Virus record (IMG/VR): IMGVR_UViG_3300032607_000303
Location: 16,846 to 80,845 of that record
Length of the DNA stretch: 64,000 nt
Origin: a virus
Reading direction: 5' to 3' (one strand)
Shown here: piece after piece, positions 9,976 to 19,788 of the stretch
Numbering within the stretch: position 1 is the first letter of the stretch
How the letters are laid out: every line of letters begins with the position of its first letter
The notes under the pieces: model-generated
Told to the model about the DNA's origin: nothing
What the model saw: the letters and a program-made list of their open reading frames with translations, nothing else
The model's database searches: none
Program-made: the position numbers and the translations under genes

Positions 9976-10454
9976 GCTTTCTCCTTGTTCCAATGTTTAA
10001 ATTCATTAGCAAAATATACCACTTTGTTGCAGTCATATTCCATACTAGCTCCGAATTTTCCTCGTCCCTGTGAAGCCTCTGACAGTCTTCGCGTTGCCTT
10101 AACAATGTTAGACAAGTCGAAGTCATTTGCCACCATAGCTCGACAGACATCCCCTACTTCCACTGTGATAGTCTGTCCATCTTTATTAGTAATATCAAAT
10201 GTATAGTAGCTAGAGCTAGAGCCGTCTGAGATAATTGGCTTGTCCACAATTTGTAGTGGTTTATCGGTCAATTCTTCTACAGCCTTATTAGTAGACAAGC
10301 GCCAAGATACAATGTCTGCATAATGCTCGCTAACTGTCCATCGTAAATCTCTACCAACTGCAATATGTCTATCACCATCACGAAACTTAACATCTACGAC
10401 TACATAGCCTTTAACCGGGCACTCACCACCGTGCCAATCAATCCATTCACTCAT
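9972..10454 (-). CDS. Two-domain protein with DUF3310/gp1.7-like C-terminus
   Basis: WIDWHGGECPV N-terminal phage module; DGSSSSYY...NIVKA..R...YDCNK C-terminus. Confidence 0.55.
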   Translation of the reverse strand: MSEWIDWHGGECPVKGYVVVDVKFRDGDRHIAVGRDLRWTVSEHYADIVSWRLSTNKAVEELTDKPLQIVDKPIISDGSSSSYYTFDITNKDGQTITVEVGDVCRAMVANDFDLSNIVKATRRLSEASQGRGKFGASMEYDCNKVVYFANEFKHWNKEKA

Positions 10455-10732
10455 ACTTTCTCCTTAGCTTCATTTGTAAGAATCTTACTATGTAAATATG
10501 TGGCTGCTACGCTTCCGAAGCCACCTCCGAGTCCTAATGATAATGCAACGTACAGCATATCGTCAAGGCCATTCTTTACAATTGTACTAACAACATACAC
10601 TTCAAACAGCGCTAGTAAAATACTAACAGGCGGAATAAGCCAATATATCTTGTGAGAAACATTGCATTGTTGTAGAGACTTACAAGCAACATACCCTGTT
10701 GAAACTAAGAATGTAATTACGTAGCTATTCAT
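10451..10732 (-). CDS. Small membrane protein
   Basis: Three hydrophobic helices, GLGGGFG. Confidence 0.7.
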   Translation of the reverse strand: MNSYVITFLVSTGYVACKSLQQCNVSHKIYWLIPPVSILLALFEVYVVSTIVKNGLDDMLYVALSLGLGGGFGSVAATYLHSKILTNEAKEKV

Positions 10733-11024
10733 ACTTCCCTAACAGTCAAAAGTTATCATCATACTGCGCTTTACTATATCCTCGCTCCCACTCTGCAAAA
10801 TTATTATCCCAAGTATTATACTCTGACCATGTGTAAGGGCAATCACTCAAGTGTTGGTAGTTATTGTAAGCCTTGTAACCTTCTTCATATGCTTCTGTGT
10901 TCATTACTTACCCTCCTCTATGCAGTAAGCTGCGTCATATCCCTCAACCCATTCAGACCATTCAAACCCTTCTGTAAAGATGTTGTAAGGACATTCCATG
11001 TGAGATACCCCTGACACATATGCT

Positions 11025-11549
11025 TCATAACCTTGCTGCCAAATACTCATTCCATTCTCCTAATGTGTAATTCAAAATGCTGTCAATGTCATCATAATAT
11101 ATCTGCAAAAACATCTTGTCAACATCTATTTCAGCGCTATTTTCAAGACGTGTCATGTTATTTATGTGCTTACTTCGTTTTTCGTAGAGCATTGCTGGGG
11201 AATCTGTCGTGTATCTGTGCATGTAACAGAATCGCAAAATGTCTTCAGGATTGTACCTCCGAACAACATAAAATACGCCACGCTCAACAACCTTGCCCAC
11301 AGGGAAGCCTTTTGGGGCAACCCATGAGGAAGTAAAACGTATTTGCACACGGTTCTTCTTAGCTTTATTGTTCTCTCTAGAAGGTTGAGAGAGTATGCTT
11401 GTGATGCACATGTCCACCATCGGCTTCCACATTGCTAGAGTAGCCTTAGAAGGCTTTGGGGCATCTGGTAGTATGGCTGCTACTGTTGTGCTGCGGCGTA
11501 GGTGACGAGGGTTCTTTAGTTGGTCAATGGGAAGCAAAGGTCTTGCCAT
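11025..11549 (-). CDS. Hypothetical basic protein
   Basis: 174-aa ORF coupled (TAATG) to the polymerase. Confidence 0.7.
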   Translation of the reverse strand: MARPLLPIDQLKNPRHLRRSTTVAAILPDAPKPSKATLAMWKPMVDMCITSILSQPSRENNKAKKNRVQIRFTSSWVAPKGFPVGKVVERGVFYVVRRYNPEDILRFCYMHRYTTDSPAMLYEKRSKHINNMTRLENSAEIDVDKMFLQIYYDDIDSILNYTLGEWNEYLAARL

Positions 11550-13660
11550 TATTTATTCCTCTGAATAATAAGTTTATCTGCTTCAGCCACATAATAATCG
11601 TAATCAATATCACCAACATAGTCTTCGATATTGTTGCACGGCTTGACCATCCAAGCACTATCAATTGACAGTCTACGTTCCTCACCTCCTTCAACTAGTG
11701 GAGGCATAATTTTCACAAGTTTCCCACCAGACTTACAAGGGTAATACCTACAAATATTCTGCTGTGGAACATCAATAGGACTACCAAACTCATCTTCCAT
11801 AACAAGTACAAGCCTACTACTCCTAGCAACTTTAGTACGTAGCATGAAATCAAATTTCTCCTTGTGTGCCATAATAAATTCACGAACATCAACTCCACTA
11901 AGCATATTCGCTTCAGCAGCCATAGGGATAATTAACGATGAGTGATTTTTGTGCCATCCTAAATCTTTGTATTCGTATGCTCCTTTACTTTTGAGCTTCC
12001 CATCAGTGTAGATAGCAATATAATTATTTACATCCCGAATAATCATCTTACTATACTCAACAAATTCCAATTGTAGTTTTACTTGAGACTCCCATTGCTT
12101 ACAAGCAGCATCATATTCTTCTTGATAATCTCTATCAAGAGCCACAGTGACACCATCTGTATTTACACCAACCAAAAGTGTATCTTTAACCTCAAGCAAT
12201 TTCTCAACCAACAAACATAATGAGAGTTGCCCATTAATAGTAATCTTCATTGTGTATACAGGATCATAGAACACACTAAACTTGTTGTTAGAATTTCCAT
12301 ATGTAGCATTCAAAGCAAGCTTCAACATTGCATTCTCTGGAGCACTTTTAGGATATGATTTACGTTGTTCATACACATCCTTATAAATCTCGCAGAATTT
12401 TACAGATAAGTGTTCTGGATACACGTTGTTAGAGATTGCAATATTAGGATACATTGAACTAACATCAGCATCAATGATCTTATACTTCTTAGTTTCCTGA
12501 ACGATCTTACTATTCAAGCTACCATGAATTCCACCTGTACCGAAGTCCATACGGAAACCGTTCACAACAACATTCAATGTTTCAGCAATCTTCCAGCAGC
12601 CCCAATATGAATATTGATTCACACCTTTCTTCTTAGCTTTCAACTCCACCTTGTCAATCCATCCACAAGGATAGAATTTCTTGAATCTGTCACACTCAGA
12701 TTGAGTTGGTTCATTAGTGATAGGATCAACAACAAGTTTCTTTTTCTTGATAACCATTTCAGCATACTTAGCAACATCACCCAACAAATGTTCTGGAATA
12801 TCAGAAAACACACCTTTTGTTTCAGTGATTACTTGTTTAGAGAACCACTGTTGAATGGCAATAAATTCAGGACGCTTGAAATCATAATAGTCGAACAGAC
12901 ACTTTCCAATATCAATGCTGGAGCGTTTGCTTTGACGAGTTACACGTTTTCCTTCTGAATCTTTTGTGTACAGTTTTATGTTAGCTTCTTCTAGACGCAT
13001 AACAAAGTAATCCCCACCAATCTTAGCATCAGAATGGTTGATGAAATCTCGGTTGTACAAATGAGTTAGCTTTTCACGAAACTCCACCAATGGAAGGCTG
13101 TGATTGTAAAATGCAAGAGTCATCATAACATCGTGCATATTATATTTCAACAACACATCAATCTCATGATTTTTTAGTTCAGTTCCAACGGGGTATGGGA
13201 GGTCGGCAATATTACTCTCACGCATATTGAACTCAAGCATCTTCAAGCTCGTCATTTTGGCTTGATTATCGAAATGATGTATCTTGAATAAATCTACTTG
13301 GTTCACATACCTTTCATTCAACTTTACTGTGTTTGGAAACTTACCTTTAAAGCTGTCAATCTGTTCTTGTGCAAACTTGTAAGCTCTCTTAGCAATAGTG
13401 GCCCCATTTATAGGAAGCTTACCACTGTCTCGTAGAGCTAACAGTTTGTGCAAGACAGGGTAATCAAATGCCAAATTATTGAATCCTACTAAACTAGCAT
13501 CTTGCTCTTTAATATAATCTAGGCAAGCAAATACTCGGTTCATTTCATTCTTACGACTACTAACTTCAAAACTATTAGGAAACATTCCATCTGTACGAAT
13601 TACACTAAAGGTAAAAGCATTAGGGTATGTTTCAATGTCAAAAATATATTTGTCACTCAC
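11549..13660 (-). CDS. Family B DNA polymerase with 3'-5' exonuclease
   Basis: Exo motifs FDIET, GFNNLAFD, YNMHD; motif A DVSSMYP, B KLALNATYG, C variant NTDG. Confidence 0.92.
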   Translation of the reverse strand: MSDKYIFDIETYPNAFTFSVIRTDGMFPNSFEVSSRKNEMNRVFACLDYIKEQDASLVGFNNLAFDYPVLHKLLALRDSGKLPINGATIAKRAYKFAQEQIDSFKGKFPNTVKLNERYVNQVDLFKIHHFDNQAKMTSLKMLEFNMRESNIADLPYPVGTELKNHEIDVLLKYNMHDVMMTLAFYNHSLPLVEFREKLTHLYNRDFINHSDAKIGGDYFVMRLEEANIKLYTKDSEGKRVTRQSKRSSIDIGKCLFDYYDFKRPEFIAIQQWFSKQVITETKGVFSDIPEHLLGDVAKYAEMVIKKKKLVVDPITNEPTQSECDRFKKFYPCGWIDKVELKAKKKGVNQYSYWGCWKIAETLNVVVNGFRMDFGTGGIHGSLNSKIVQETKKYKIIDADVSSMYPNIAISNNVYPEHLSVKFCEIYKDVYEQRKSYPKSAPENAMLKLALNATYGNSNNKFSVFYDPVYTMKITINGQLSLCLLVEKLLEVKDTLLVGVNTDGVTVALDRDYQEEYDAACKQWESQVKLQLEFVEYSKMIIRDVNNYIAIYTDGKLKSKGAYEYKDLGWHKNHSSLIIPMAAEANMLSGVDVREFIMAHKEKFDFMLRTKVARSSRLVLVMEDEFGSPIDVPQQNICRYYPCKSGGKLVKIMPPLVEGGEERRLSIDSAWMVKPCNNIEDYVGDIDYDYYVAEADKLIIQRNK

Positions 13661-13677
13661 AACTTCTCCTTGTTATC

Positions 13678-13896
13678 CTACAAACCAAACAAAGCAGCCA
13701 TCATAACCCAAAACATAGGCCACCAAAACGCTATCATAACACGCGAAGTCTCCCAATGTATATTAGTAATGCAAAAGCCAGTCAAGAAAACTGACAGGCC
13801 ATCTACAAATCCTATTGCCCATGGGAAGAACATAAATACTGCTAAGGCTGTCCAGCCAATTCCTTCCCAGAATGCTTTGATGAAAGCGTCACTCAT
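13678..13896 (-). CDS. Small membrane protein
   Basis: Two hydrophobic segments from MSDAFIK. Confidence 0.55.
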   Translation of the reverse strand: MSDAFIKAFWEGIGWTALAVFMFFPWAIGFVDGLSVFLTGFCITNIHWETSRVMIAFWWPMFWVMMAALFGL

Positions 13897-14524
13897 CACA
13901 CTCCTCCATCTCATTAGTAGTGGCATTATTTTGCGAAAGCAAAATAGCCTGCTCAATAGCTTCCTTAACAATCTCCACTGTTTCCTCATGCAATAGAATT
14001 TCATTGTGCGTAGCATGTACGTCATAATACGTTACATCGCCCTTCAGTGCAAGCATAGACTCCCTCGAAATAACACCATCGTTAATTTTAGTCCATAAAC
14101 TACTCTGTCCAGACGTTGTGACAATTGCTGTCACATGACATTTAATATCAAACTGTTGAACGCCTCGCATCACATCACTGTTAGTACGAATATCTCTGAA
14201 CAGTTGTGACGGTGCCAGCATATTAAGAATCCCAGCAGCCTCGCACCCTGCAAAGGGAGTTGCCATTGTAATCATAGCCAATGTACGCTTACGATAGAAT
14301 GATGCAAGGTAGGCTGCATAGACACCGCCCAATGAATGTGCCAAGAATACAATCTCATCTTCAGGATAGTATGACAGAAAATCTTCCATGTGTTCTAGGT
14401 TATTCCAGAAGCCCATACGAGAGTCGTATGACAAGTCCAAATATTCGTAATCTGGTAGGCATTTCTTAATGAATGAGAACGAGTTGTGAGTTGCAGAATT
14501 TCCGTGGCAAGTGATAATAATCAT
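13889..14524 (-). CDS. Alpha/beta hydrolase (lipase/esterase-like)
   Basis: HG oxyanion, AHSLGG nucleophile elbow, ATPFAG, NDGVIS, C-terminal His. Confidence 0.85.
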   Translation of the reverse strand: MIIITCHGNSATHNSFSFIKKCLPDYEYLDLSYDSRMGFWNNLEHMEDFLSYYPEDEIVFLAHSLGGVYAAYLASFYRKRTLAMITMATPFAGCEAAGILNMLAPSQLFRDIRTNSDVMRGVQQFDIKCHVTAIVTTSGQSSLWTKINDGVISRESMLALKGDVTYYDVHATHNEILLHEETVEIVKEAIEQAILLSQNNATTNEMEECDE

Positions 14525-14835
14525 ACAGACTCCTTCAGCACATTGCGCATACTTTTCAGCACAGTTTCAAAACTCTTCTGTTCTACAAAGAAACTACAAC
14601 GATGATTGGCAATACTCTCTGCAAGCTGCTTCTTCAAAGCTTTCTGAAGCTTGACATACTTTGCAATGGACGATGACAATTTACTAATAGCCTTGCTAAG
14701 TTTGTCTGCATAAACCTTGTCATTGTCTTTGTGAGCAGTTTGCCTCCACTGTTTGAATGTGTAAACATGGTCTTGCAGGATGTTGATGAGATTACGATTT
14801 AGTGCAATTTGTGACTGCAATTGTTGTTGGTTCAT
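14521..14835 (-). CDS. Hypothetical coiled-coil protein
   Basis: 104-aa coupled ORF. Confidence 0.6.
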   Translation of the reverse strand: MNQQQLQSQIALNRNLINILQDHVYTFKQWRQTAHKDNDKVYADKLSKAISKLSSSIAKYVKLQKALKKQLAESIANHRCSFFVEQKSFETVLKSMRNVLKESV

Positions 14836-15023
14836 TTTGACTCTCCTTTACGTACTTCCATCATAGCATCTGCGTAACTATATGCACCTCTTGCAATAAG
14901 CAGGGCATGTGTGGTGTGATAACCTCCAATAAGCATTTTTGGAGGGTGCTTTAATACAAGCATCTGAAAAGCGAATCCTGCAAATTGGTCACGTACTTCT
15001 TGTAACGATTTCTCTTTGCTCAT
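14832..15023 (-). CDS. Conserved small phage protein
   Basis: RDQFA...AY..ADAMM motif. Confidence 0.65.
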   Translation of the reverse strand: MSKEKSLQEVRDQFAGFAFQMLVLKHPPKMLIGGYHTTHALLIARGAYSYADAMMEVRKGESK

Positions 15024-15091
15024 TTGATGCTCCTGTTATGTTTTATGATTTGTAATAAGGGTTGTGAGGGAAAGGCTCTTGCAGCACATGA

Positions 15092-15120
15092 ATGATAGGG
15101 CTGCAAGAGGGGGCTGTCAA
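15092..15120 (-). promoter_or_regulatory. Sigma70 promoter for the polymerase operon
   Basis: TTGACA-17-TATCAT. Confidence 0.7.
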
Positions 15121-15137
15121 GGGGTTTTTGGGGTTAT

Positions 15138-15731
15138 TTACAAACCGTGTCTGTCTGTGTAGCCAGCCCCTTGACTGTTTAGTTGAGCAATCATTTTTAA
15201 TCTGTACTCACAAGCTAGACGAAAGGCTTCTTCCTCTCCGTGAACATGGACAGAAAATATTTTATAGCATTTACCTAAGGATACACTATCTGCCCAAGAT
15301 GCCTTGTAGTATCTATATTCAACATTAGCTGGATTTTTGTACTTAATGGATGTAACGCCCACAAATCCAGATGTGTTGTTGTTTTGCTTCTTCTTGTTTC
15401 TTGAGTTATACTTTTCCTCGACTGCCCTTAAGTTACTAACTGAGTTATTTGTGGGGTCTCCATCAATATGATCTATAACATACTTTTCTGGAACATAACC
15501 ATGAAACATCTCCCATATAATTCTGTGCACTCTGTACATACCTTGTTTATAGTGAATCTGAGAATAGCCACCAGTACCGTTTAGCGATCCTGCAACATCA
15601 CCAACACTGATATGTTTTCTTCCGTTACTTCTTCCGCTAAAGCAATCAATCGCCCATCGTAAACAGGTCTGGCTAGACTCGTCATAGATGAAAAGTTTGT
15701 GGTAGTCTTCAATAGTTATTTTAGGTGCCAT
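15138..15731 (-). CDS. HNH homing endonuclease with AP2-like C-terminus
   Basis: HRIIWE...IDHIDGDPTNNSVSNLR; NTSGFVGV. Confidence 0.88.
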   Translation of the reverse strand: MAPKITIEDYHKLFIYDESSQTCLRWAIDCFSGRSNGRKHISVGDVAGSLNGTGGYSQIHYKQGMYRVHRIIWEMFHGYVPEKYVIDHIDGDPTNNSVSNLRAVEEKYNSRNKKKQNNNTSGFVGVTSIKYKNPANVEYRYYKASWADSVSLGKCYKIFSVHVHGEEEAFRLACEYRLKMIAQLNSQGAGYTDRHGL

Positions 15732-15774
15732 TTCTTCCTTATAGGTGAAACCCGCATCTTGTGCGGGCTGTTAG

Positions 15775-17568
15775 TTAAAACTCTGACGGATGCTGCTCTT
15801 GATAAACTTCCTTGTCCCACAACATAGCTGTCTCATTGTCGTAGAAAAGTTCAAGAGCTTTTCCGGTTACACCTGTTGCCCTCGACTTCAATAAATGAAC
15901 TTCTGTAGTATTTCGCATCATCAAATCTTCGTGGGACTTGTCCCGCTGCAAGGCGATATTGATACCAGCACTACGAAACTGCGTCCCTGAACCAATAAGC
16001 ATCTCTTCACTAATAGTCCCACCCTGGGAAGCTGCCTTACTACCGCCAGATGGCTTTTTTGTGTGCGCCACCTGAACTAGAATACAGTTCGTAGCCTTGA
16101 CCAAGTTCTTCTCCCACTTCATCCATTTATCGACTTCTTCCAAGGACGCACCAGAAAACACATCTGAGATAACATCAATTACACAGATGTCTACATCGTG
16201 CATAGTGATACATTCCTCAATCTTTTCTTGCAGCTTACTGAAGTCTCCACGGTCATCCAGCAAATATAAGCGTGGCTGTCCGTCTGGGAACAAGAACAGA
16301 TTCTTTGCGGCCTCCTTTGCAAGATCACTACTTACATATGCAATCTTCTCGTCCCTGTCCTCAATCATTGCAATCTTGCGACCCATATAGGAACTCAAAA
16401 GATTCTCGCCAAATTCAGATGCCTCGGCTTCAAGAGAACATACTAAAACCTTCTTGTTACACTCTGTCATCCAGTATGTGACACAAGAATTTACTACCGA
16501 TGTCTTGCCACAGCCCGATCCAGCTAAGATATTCACGATATAGCCGTAGTTGATGCCTCCCGCAAGCATCTTGTTCAATTTTGACAAGTAATTCGGAAAT
16601 GGAAGTTTGTCAACCTTACTACGAGCAACAATTTCATCGTAAATAGTATCAGCAGCAACCACGCCAGCGGGCGTATAGGGCTGACTATTCCAATAGTCAT
16701 TAATCAAGTCACGTTCGCGGTTTACTGGCTTACCTGTTGTGTTATCCCAAACGTAAGAATTCGGGTCTTTCATGCGTAGTTTGGCAATAAAAACTTTTCC
16801 TTTTGGCAAAACTTTAGCAAGTTTCTCTGCTGCTTCCTCCCCTGCTTTATCCGAATCCAACATAACTACAATCTTTTTTTGCCGTGACAGCCATTCATAC
16901 TGCGCTTTTGCTGTGGTTGCTGTGCCTGACTCTCCGAGCGTAGAACAAACCACCGCGCACATGTCGTAATCTGCCTTACCCCGCTTTATTTGGTCGTCTT
17001 TCAGAACCTGAAACAGAGTCAATTGGTCGATTTCACCGCCAACTATGCAGACCGTACCTGCATGGCTTTTAAAGCGAAACTGGCCTATGAAGTCAACCTC
17101 CTTGCCGACCCTCCCGATAGGATTTTCAAATGACTTGGGTAAAACTCTAGTCCGATAGCCAGCAAGCTCCCCATCAATTGTAGTAGGTACATACTGTTTT
17201 ACTGGAAGACCCGTTTCTTGGCTGTACTCATAGCGCACACCAAAAAAGGTGTTAGTGTCCGTTCGGATGCCTCGGAAACCTTTGCCATCATTACCAGTGA
17301 TTTTCTTGATACGTTCGTTTTCCTCTGGTGTAATATTTTCGCGTGTAGTCACTTCTTCATCCTCATCGTATTCTTTAATGTCCCAACCCATTAACTCTCT
17401 ATGCTCATCACTTGCCAAAGTCCACCCACAAGAGAAACAGTGCGCAGACTCCGTAGCAGCATAAACCCGTAAATTATTCTTTGACCTATCTCTGCCATTT
17501 CTGGCACAACGAGGGCATTGACACATACCGTCATTGTCGAGGTCAATTCCCCATTTATTCTCTGCCAA
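15775..17568 (-). CDS. DNA primase-helicase (T7 gp4-like)
   Basis: N-terminal Zn finger CPRC..CFSC, TOPRIM GGEIDQ/DSDKAG, Walker A AGSGCGKT, SF4 motifs. Confidence 0.93.
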   Translation of the reverse strand: MAENKWGIDLDNDGMCQCPRCARNGRDRSKNNLRVYAATESAHCFSCGWTLASDEHRELMGWDIKEYDEDEEVTTRENITPEENERIKKITGNDGKGFRGIRTDTNTFFGVRYEYSQETGLPVKQYVPTTIDGELAGYRTRVLPKSFENPIGRVGKEVDFIGQFRFKSHAGTVCIVGGEIDQLTLFQVLKDDQIKRGKADYDMCAVVCSTLGESGTATTAKAQYEWLSRQKKIVVMLDSDKAGEEAAEKLAKVLPKGKVFIAKLRMKDPNSYVWDNTTGKPVNRERDLINDYWNSQPYTPAGVVAADTIYDEIVARSKVDKLPFPNYLSKLNKMLAGGINYGYIVNILAGSGCGKTSVVNSCVTYWMTECNKKVLVCSLEAEASEFGENLLSSYMGRKIAMIEDRDEKIAYVSSDLAKEAAKNLFLFPDGQPRLYLLDDRGDFSKLQEKIEECITMHDVDICVIDVISDVFSGASLEEVDKWMKWEKNLVKATNCILVQVAHTKKPSGGSKAASQGGTISEEMLIGSGTQFRSAGINIALQRDKSHEDLMMRNTTEVHLLKSRATGVTGKALELFYDNETAMLWDKEVYQEQHPSEF

Positions 17569-17580
17569 ATTCTCTCCTTA

Positions 17581-17611
17581 AAAAGCCCCTCACTCTTACA
17601 AATGAGGGGCT
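17581..17611 (-). terminator. Rho-independent terminator
   Basis: AGCCCCTCA...TGAGGGGCT stem followed by TTTT on the minus strand. Confidence 0.6.
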
Positions 17612-17615
17612 GCTA

Positions 17616-17825
17616 TTATCCTACCAAATGATCCTCAACATTAAATAACATACGCCATTCATTGCAAATATGGCACGGATTGTCTTGCTGATGCTCTAAT
17701 TCTATCACGTTCTCACAGTAGCTACAAATCTTATCAGTGTGCAGCTTTCCATAAAAATACCTAGCTTGTTCAGCTTCCTCTACATAGTCTTCGTAGAGGA
17801 TTTTCTTAGCGCCACCTTTAGCCAA
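17616..17825 (-). CDS. Small Zn-ribbon protein
   Basis: CxxC...CxxC. Confidence 0.6.
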   Translation of the reverse strand: MAKGGAKKILYEDYVEEAEQARYFYGKLHTDKICSYCENVIELEHQQDNPCHICNEWRMLFNVEDHLVG

Positions 17826-18837
17826 TGTAATTTTCTCCGGGTATAGTCTTGCGGTGCATTACCCATCCACAATACTGTGCGCTCCATAGCTTGCCATCAC
17901 GAGATGCATGACTTACACCAGGTTCCCAAGTATTTACATTACTAGGGTTGTTAAGTCCATAAGTTACTCCCCAATCTTTCCACTCAGACATTGAATTCAT
18001 AGGTGTAGCCGCATGTTGCATGGCACTAGCATGTTTGCGCTCATCACCAATCAACCTGTCATAAACTTCCAAGCACTTTACAAGGCCATAATCTTCGTTA
18101 CGGAAGCTCACAGCTGCTGTACGTGCGCAGGACACTTTTATGGCTTGCTCAAGTGTGATTTCAATAATAGTGCCATCTTCAGCATACTCGTCAGCAGAAT
18201 ACCACCACTCCACTGCTCGTTCAGTGTCGGCATAAAGATAACAATCCACATATGGTAGGTGCCATTGTCCCGGTTTAGTTACGACAGGGACACTCTGCTC
18301 ACGACCCTCAAACATACAACGTGCCAACTCAGCAATTGTTGGATCGGCTGCATCATCATTTCGTAACCAAAAGAAATTAGAAAACTCTGTTCCACTAATT
18401 ACAGTCTTCATCACTTGAAAAGGTTCTGTCAAACGGTTAAAAGTTTGTTTATGATAACCTGCTTGATAAAACGCTTTAGACCACTTGAGTGCTTCGTCCT
18501 TTGCTAAATCCCAAGCATCTTTATTTTTCCATTTTTTAACCCAACCATCTTCCTCACTTACTTTAACAATAGCCTCAAAGTCTTCACCTTTGTCTTGCAT
18601 ACCCGGATTAGCCTCACCAAAACGAACAGGCTTCCCTGTAAGCTGCTCTGCCATTTTCTTGAACGGAATAGCACGACTACTTGCAGAATTTGAACACAAC
18701 ATTTTGTGTGTTAGCAATTCAGAATGGATGATGCGAGGGTATGTCAATTCGTAAGTTGTCAAGCGATTACCAGCTTCGCTAACAGAGTCTGCCAAAACTT
18801 TTGCAACAATACCACTCTTACCTTTAATTTCAATCAT
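17818..18837 (-). CDS. thyX: Flavin-dependent thymidylate synthase, phage type
   Basis: YPRIIHSELLTHK...SASSRAIP, HKQ..NRL.EP, W.R, HASAMQH. Confidence 0.85.
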   Translation of the reverse strand: MIEIKGKSGIVAKVLADSVSEAGNRLTTYELTYPRIIHSELLTHKMLCSNSASSRAIPFKKMAEQLTGKPVRFGEANPGMQDKGEDFEAIVKVSEEDGWVKKWKNKDAWDLAKDEALKWSKAFYQAGYHKQTFNRLTEPFQVMKTVISGTEFSNFFWLRNDDAADPTIAELARCMFEGREQSVPVVTKPGQWHLPYVDCYLYADTERAVEWWYSADEYAEDGTIIEITLEQAIKVSCARTAAVSFRNEDYGLVKCLEVYDRLIGDERKHASAMQHAATPMNSMSEWKDWGVTYGLNNPSNVNTWEPGVSHASRDGKLWSAQYCGWVMHRKTIPGENYIG

Positions 18838-19019
18838 TCCTCATCCTCTTCTTCAATTTCTTCAATTTCTTCAATATCACAAATAAAAATATCTTCCAAA
18901 CAGTCCATAAGAGCAGTGTTAAGTAATATTGCCCTATCTGCTTCGTAAGAAAAACCTCTAGCAGCTTTTATGTCCTCTGCTTTGATAATAAGTCTCATAG
19001 TTATTTCAAACTGTTTCAT
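18834..19019 (-). CDS. Hypothetical acidic protein
   Basis: Coupled 61-aa ORF. Confidence 0.55.
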   Translation of the reverse strand: MKQFEITMRLIIKAEDIKAARGFSYEADRAILLNTALMDCLEDIFICDIEEIEEIEEEDEE

Positions 19020-19324
19020 CCGATAATCTCCGTTTGAATATCCTCATCCACACATTTGAAATTAATATCATGTCGCTCCCCAACTTTGCAATAAAGGGAT
19101 GGTACAGCCTCCCCGATCCCTTCAACAAGTGCCATGTCCCCGTCAAATATCATCCGAGCTACATAACAAAACAACTCGTTTTGCTTATGACCTAACAAAC
19201 ACCCGTACTCGTCAAGTGTAAACAGATGAGTCTCAAATTCTTCTATAGATTCCTCACCAATACACTGATCTTTGATGTCAATCTCAAATTCTTTAGTGAT
19301 TGTAACGCGTATAGTTTTCTTCAT
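19016..19324 (-). CDS. Hypothetical protein
   Basis: Coupled 102-aa ORF. Confidence 0.6.
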   Translation of the reverse strand: MKKTIRVTITKEFEIDIKDQCIGEESIEEFETHLFTLDEYGCLLGHKQNELFCYVARMIFDGDMALVEGIGEAVPSLYCKVGERHDINFKCVDEDIQTEIIG

Positions 19325-19788
19325 TACGAATTCTCCTTTTGTATAGTGCGATAAAATTTGTGGTTATCAACAATCATGACCAACTCCATCTTTTTAGCCC
19401 ACTTAGGAGTCTTAATAGAAGTATTGTGAAAGTATTCTACCCTATTCCCCAAGACTTTCCTACTACTTTCAACTCTATGTAGCCACTCTTTCATCTTCCC
19501 TGTCATTTCCTTGACAGGCTTCTTACCATACCAACTCCACTGTCCCTTCTCCGCAACCACTTCACAGGCTGTCATATCTCTTATCCGCATCCTATTTTGC
19601 AGAACAGTGAGTACAGCCCGTTGTCCTGCCAGACTGCTCCCACGCGCTTCATAGTAAACTGCTGCATATTTACAGCCAGCCTCAGATGGCCTTTCAGAAG
19701 CTGCGGGAGGGCTTGCTAAAGCTATAACAAGTGCTACTGTTACAAAGGCCCACAAGAGCCTTACACGGGCCTTAATACAAGTCCTCAC
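19324..19788 (-). CDS. SleB/Hydrolase_2 cell wall hydrolase with signal peptide
   Basis: YYEARG...GQ.AV..V..NR, QWSW, YFH, HKFY. Confidence 0.88.
   Translation of the reverse strand: MRTCIKARVRLLWAFVTVALVIALASPPAASERPSEAGCKYAAVYYEARGSSLAGQRAVLTVLQNRMRIRDMTACEVVAEKGQWSWYGKKPVKEMTGKMKEWLHRVESSRKVLGNRVEYFHNTSIKTPKWAKKMELVMIVDNHKFYRTIQKENS

Noticed and set aside
18838-18880. TTCTTCAAT tandem repeat
   Set aside because: Encodes the IEEIEEIEEE acidic tail of a small ORF
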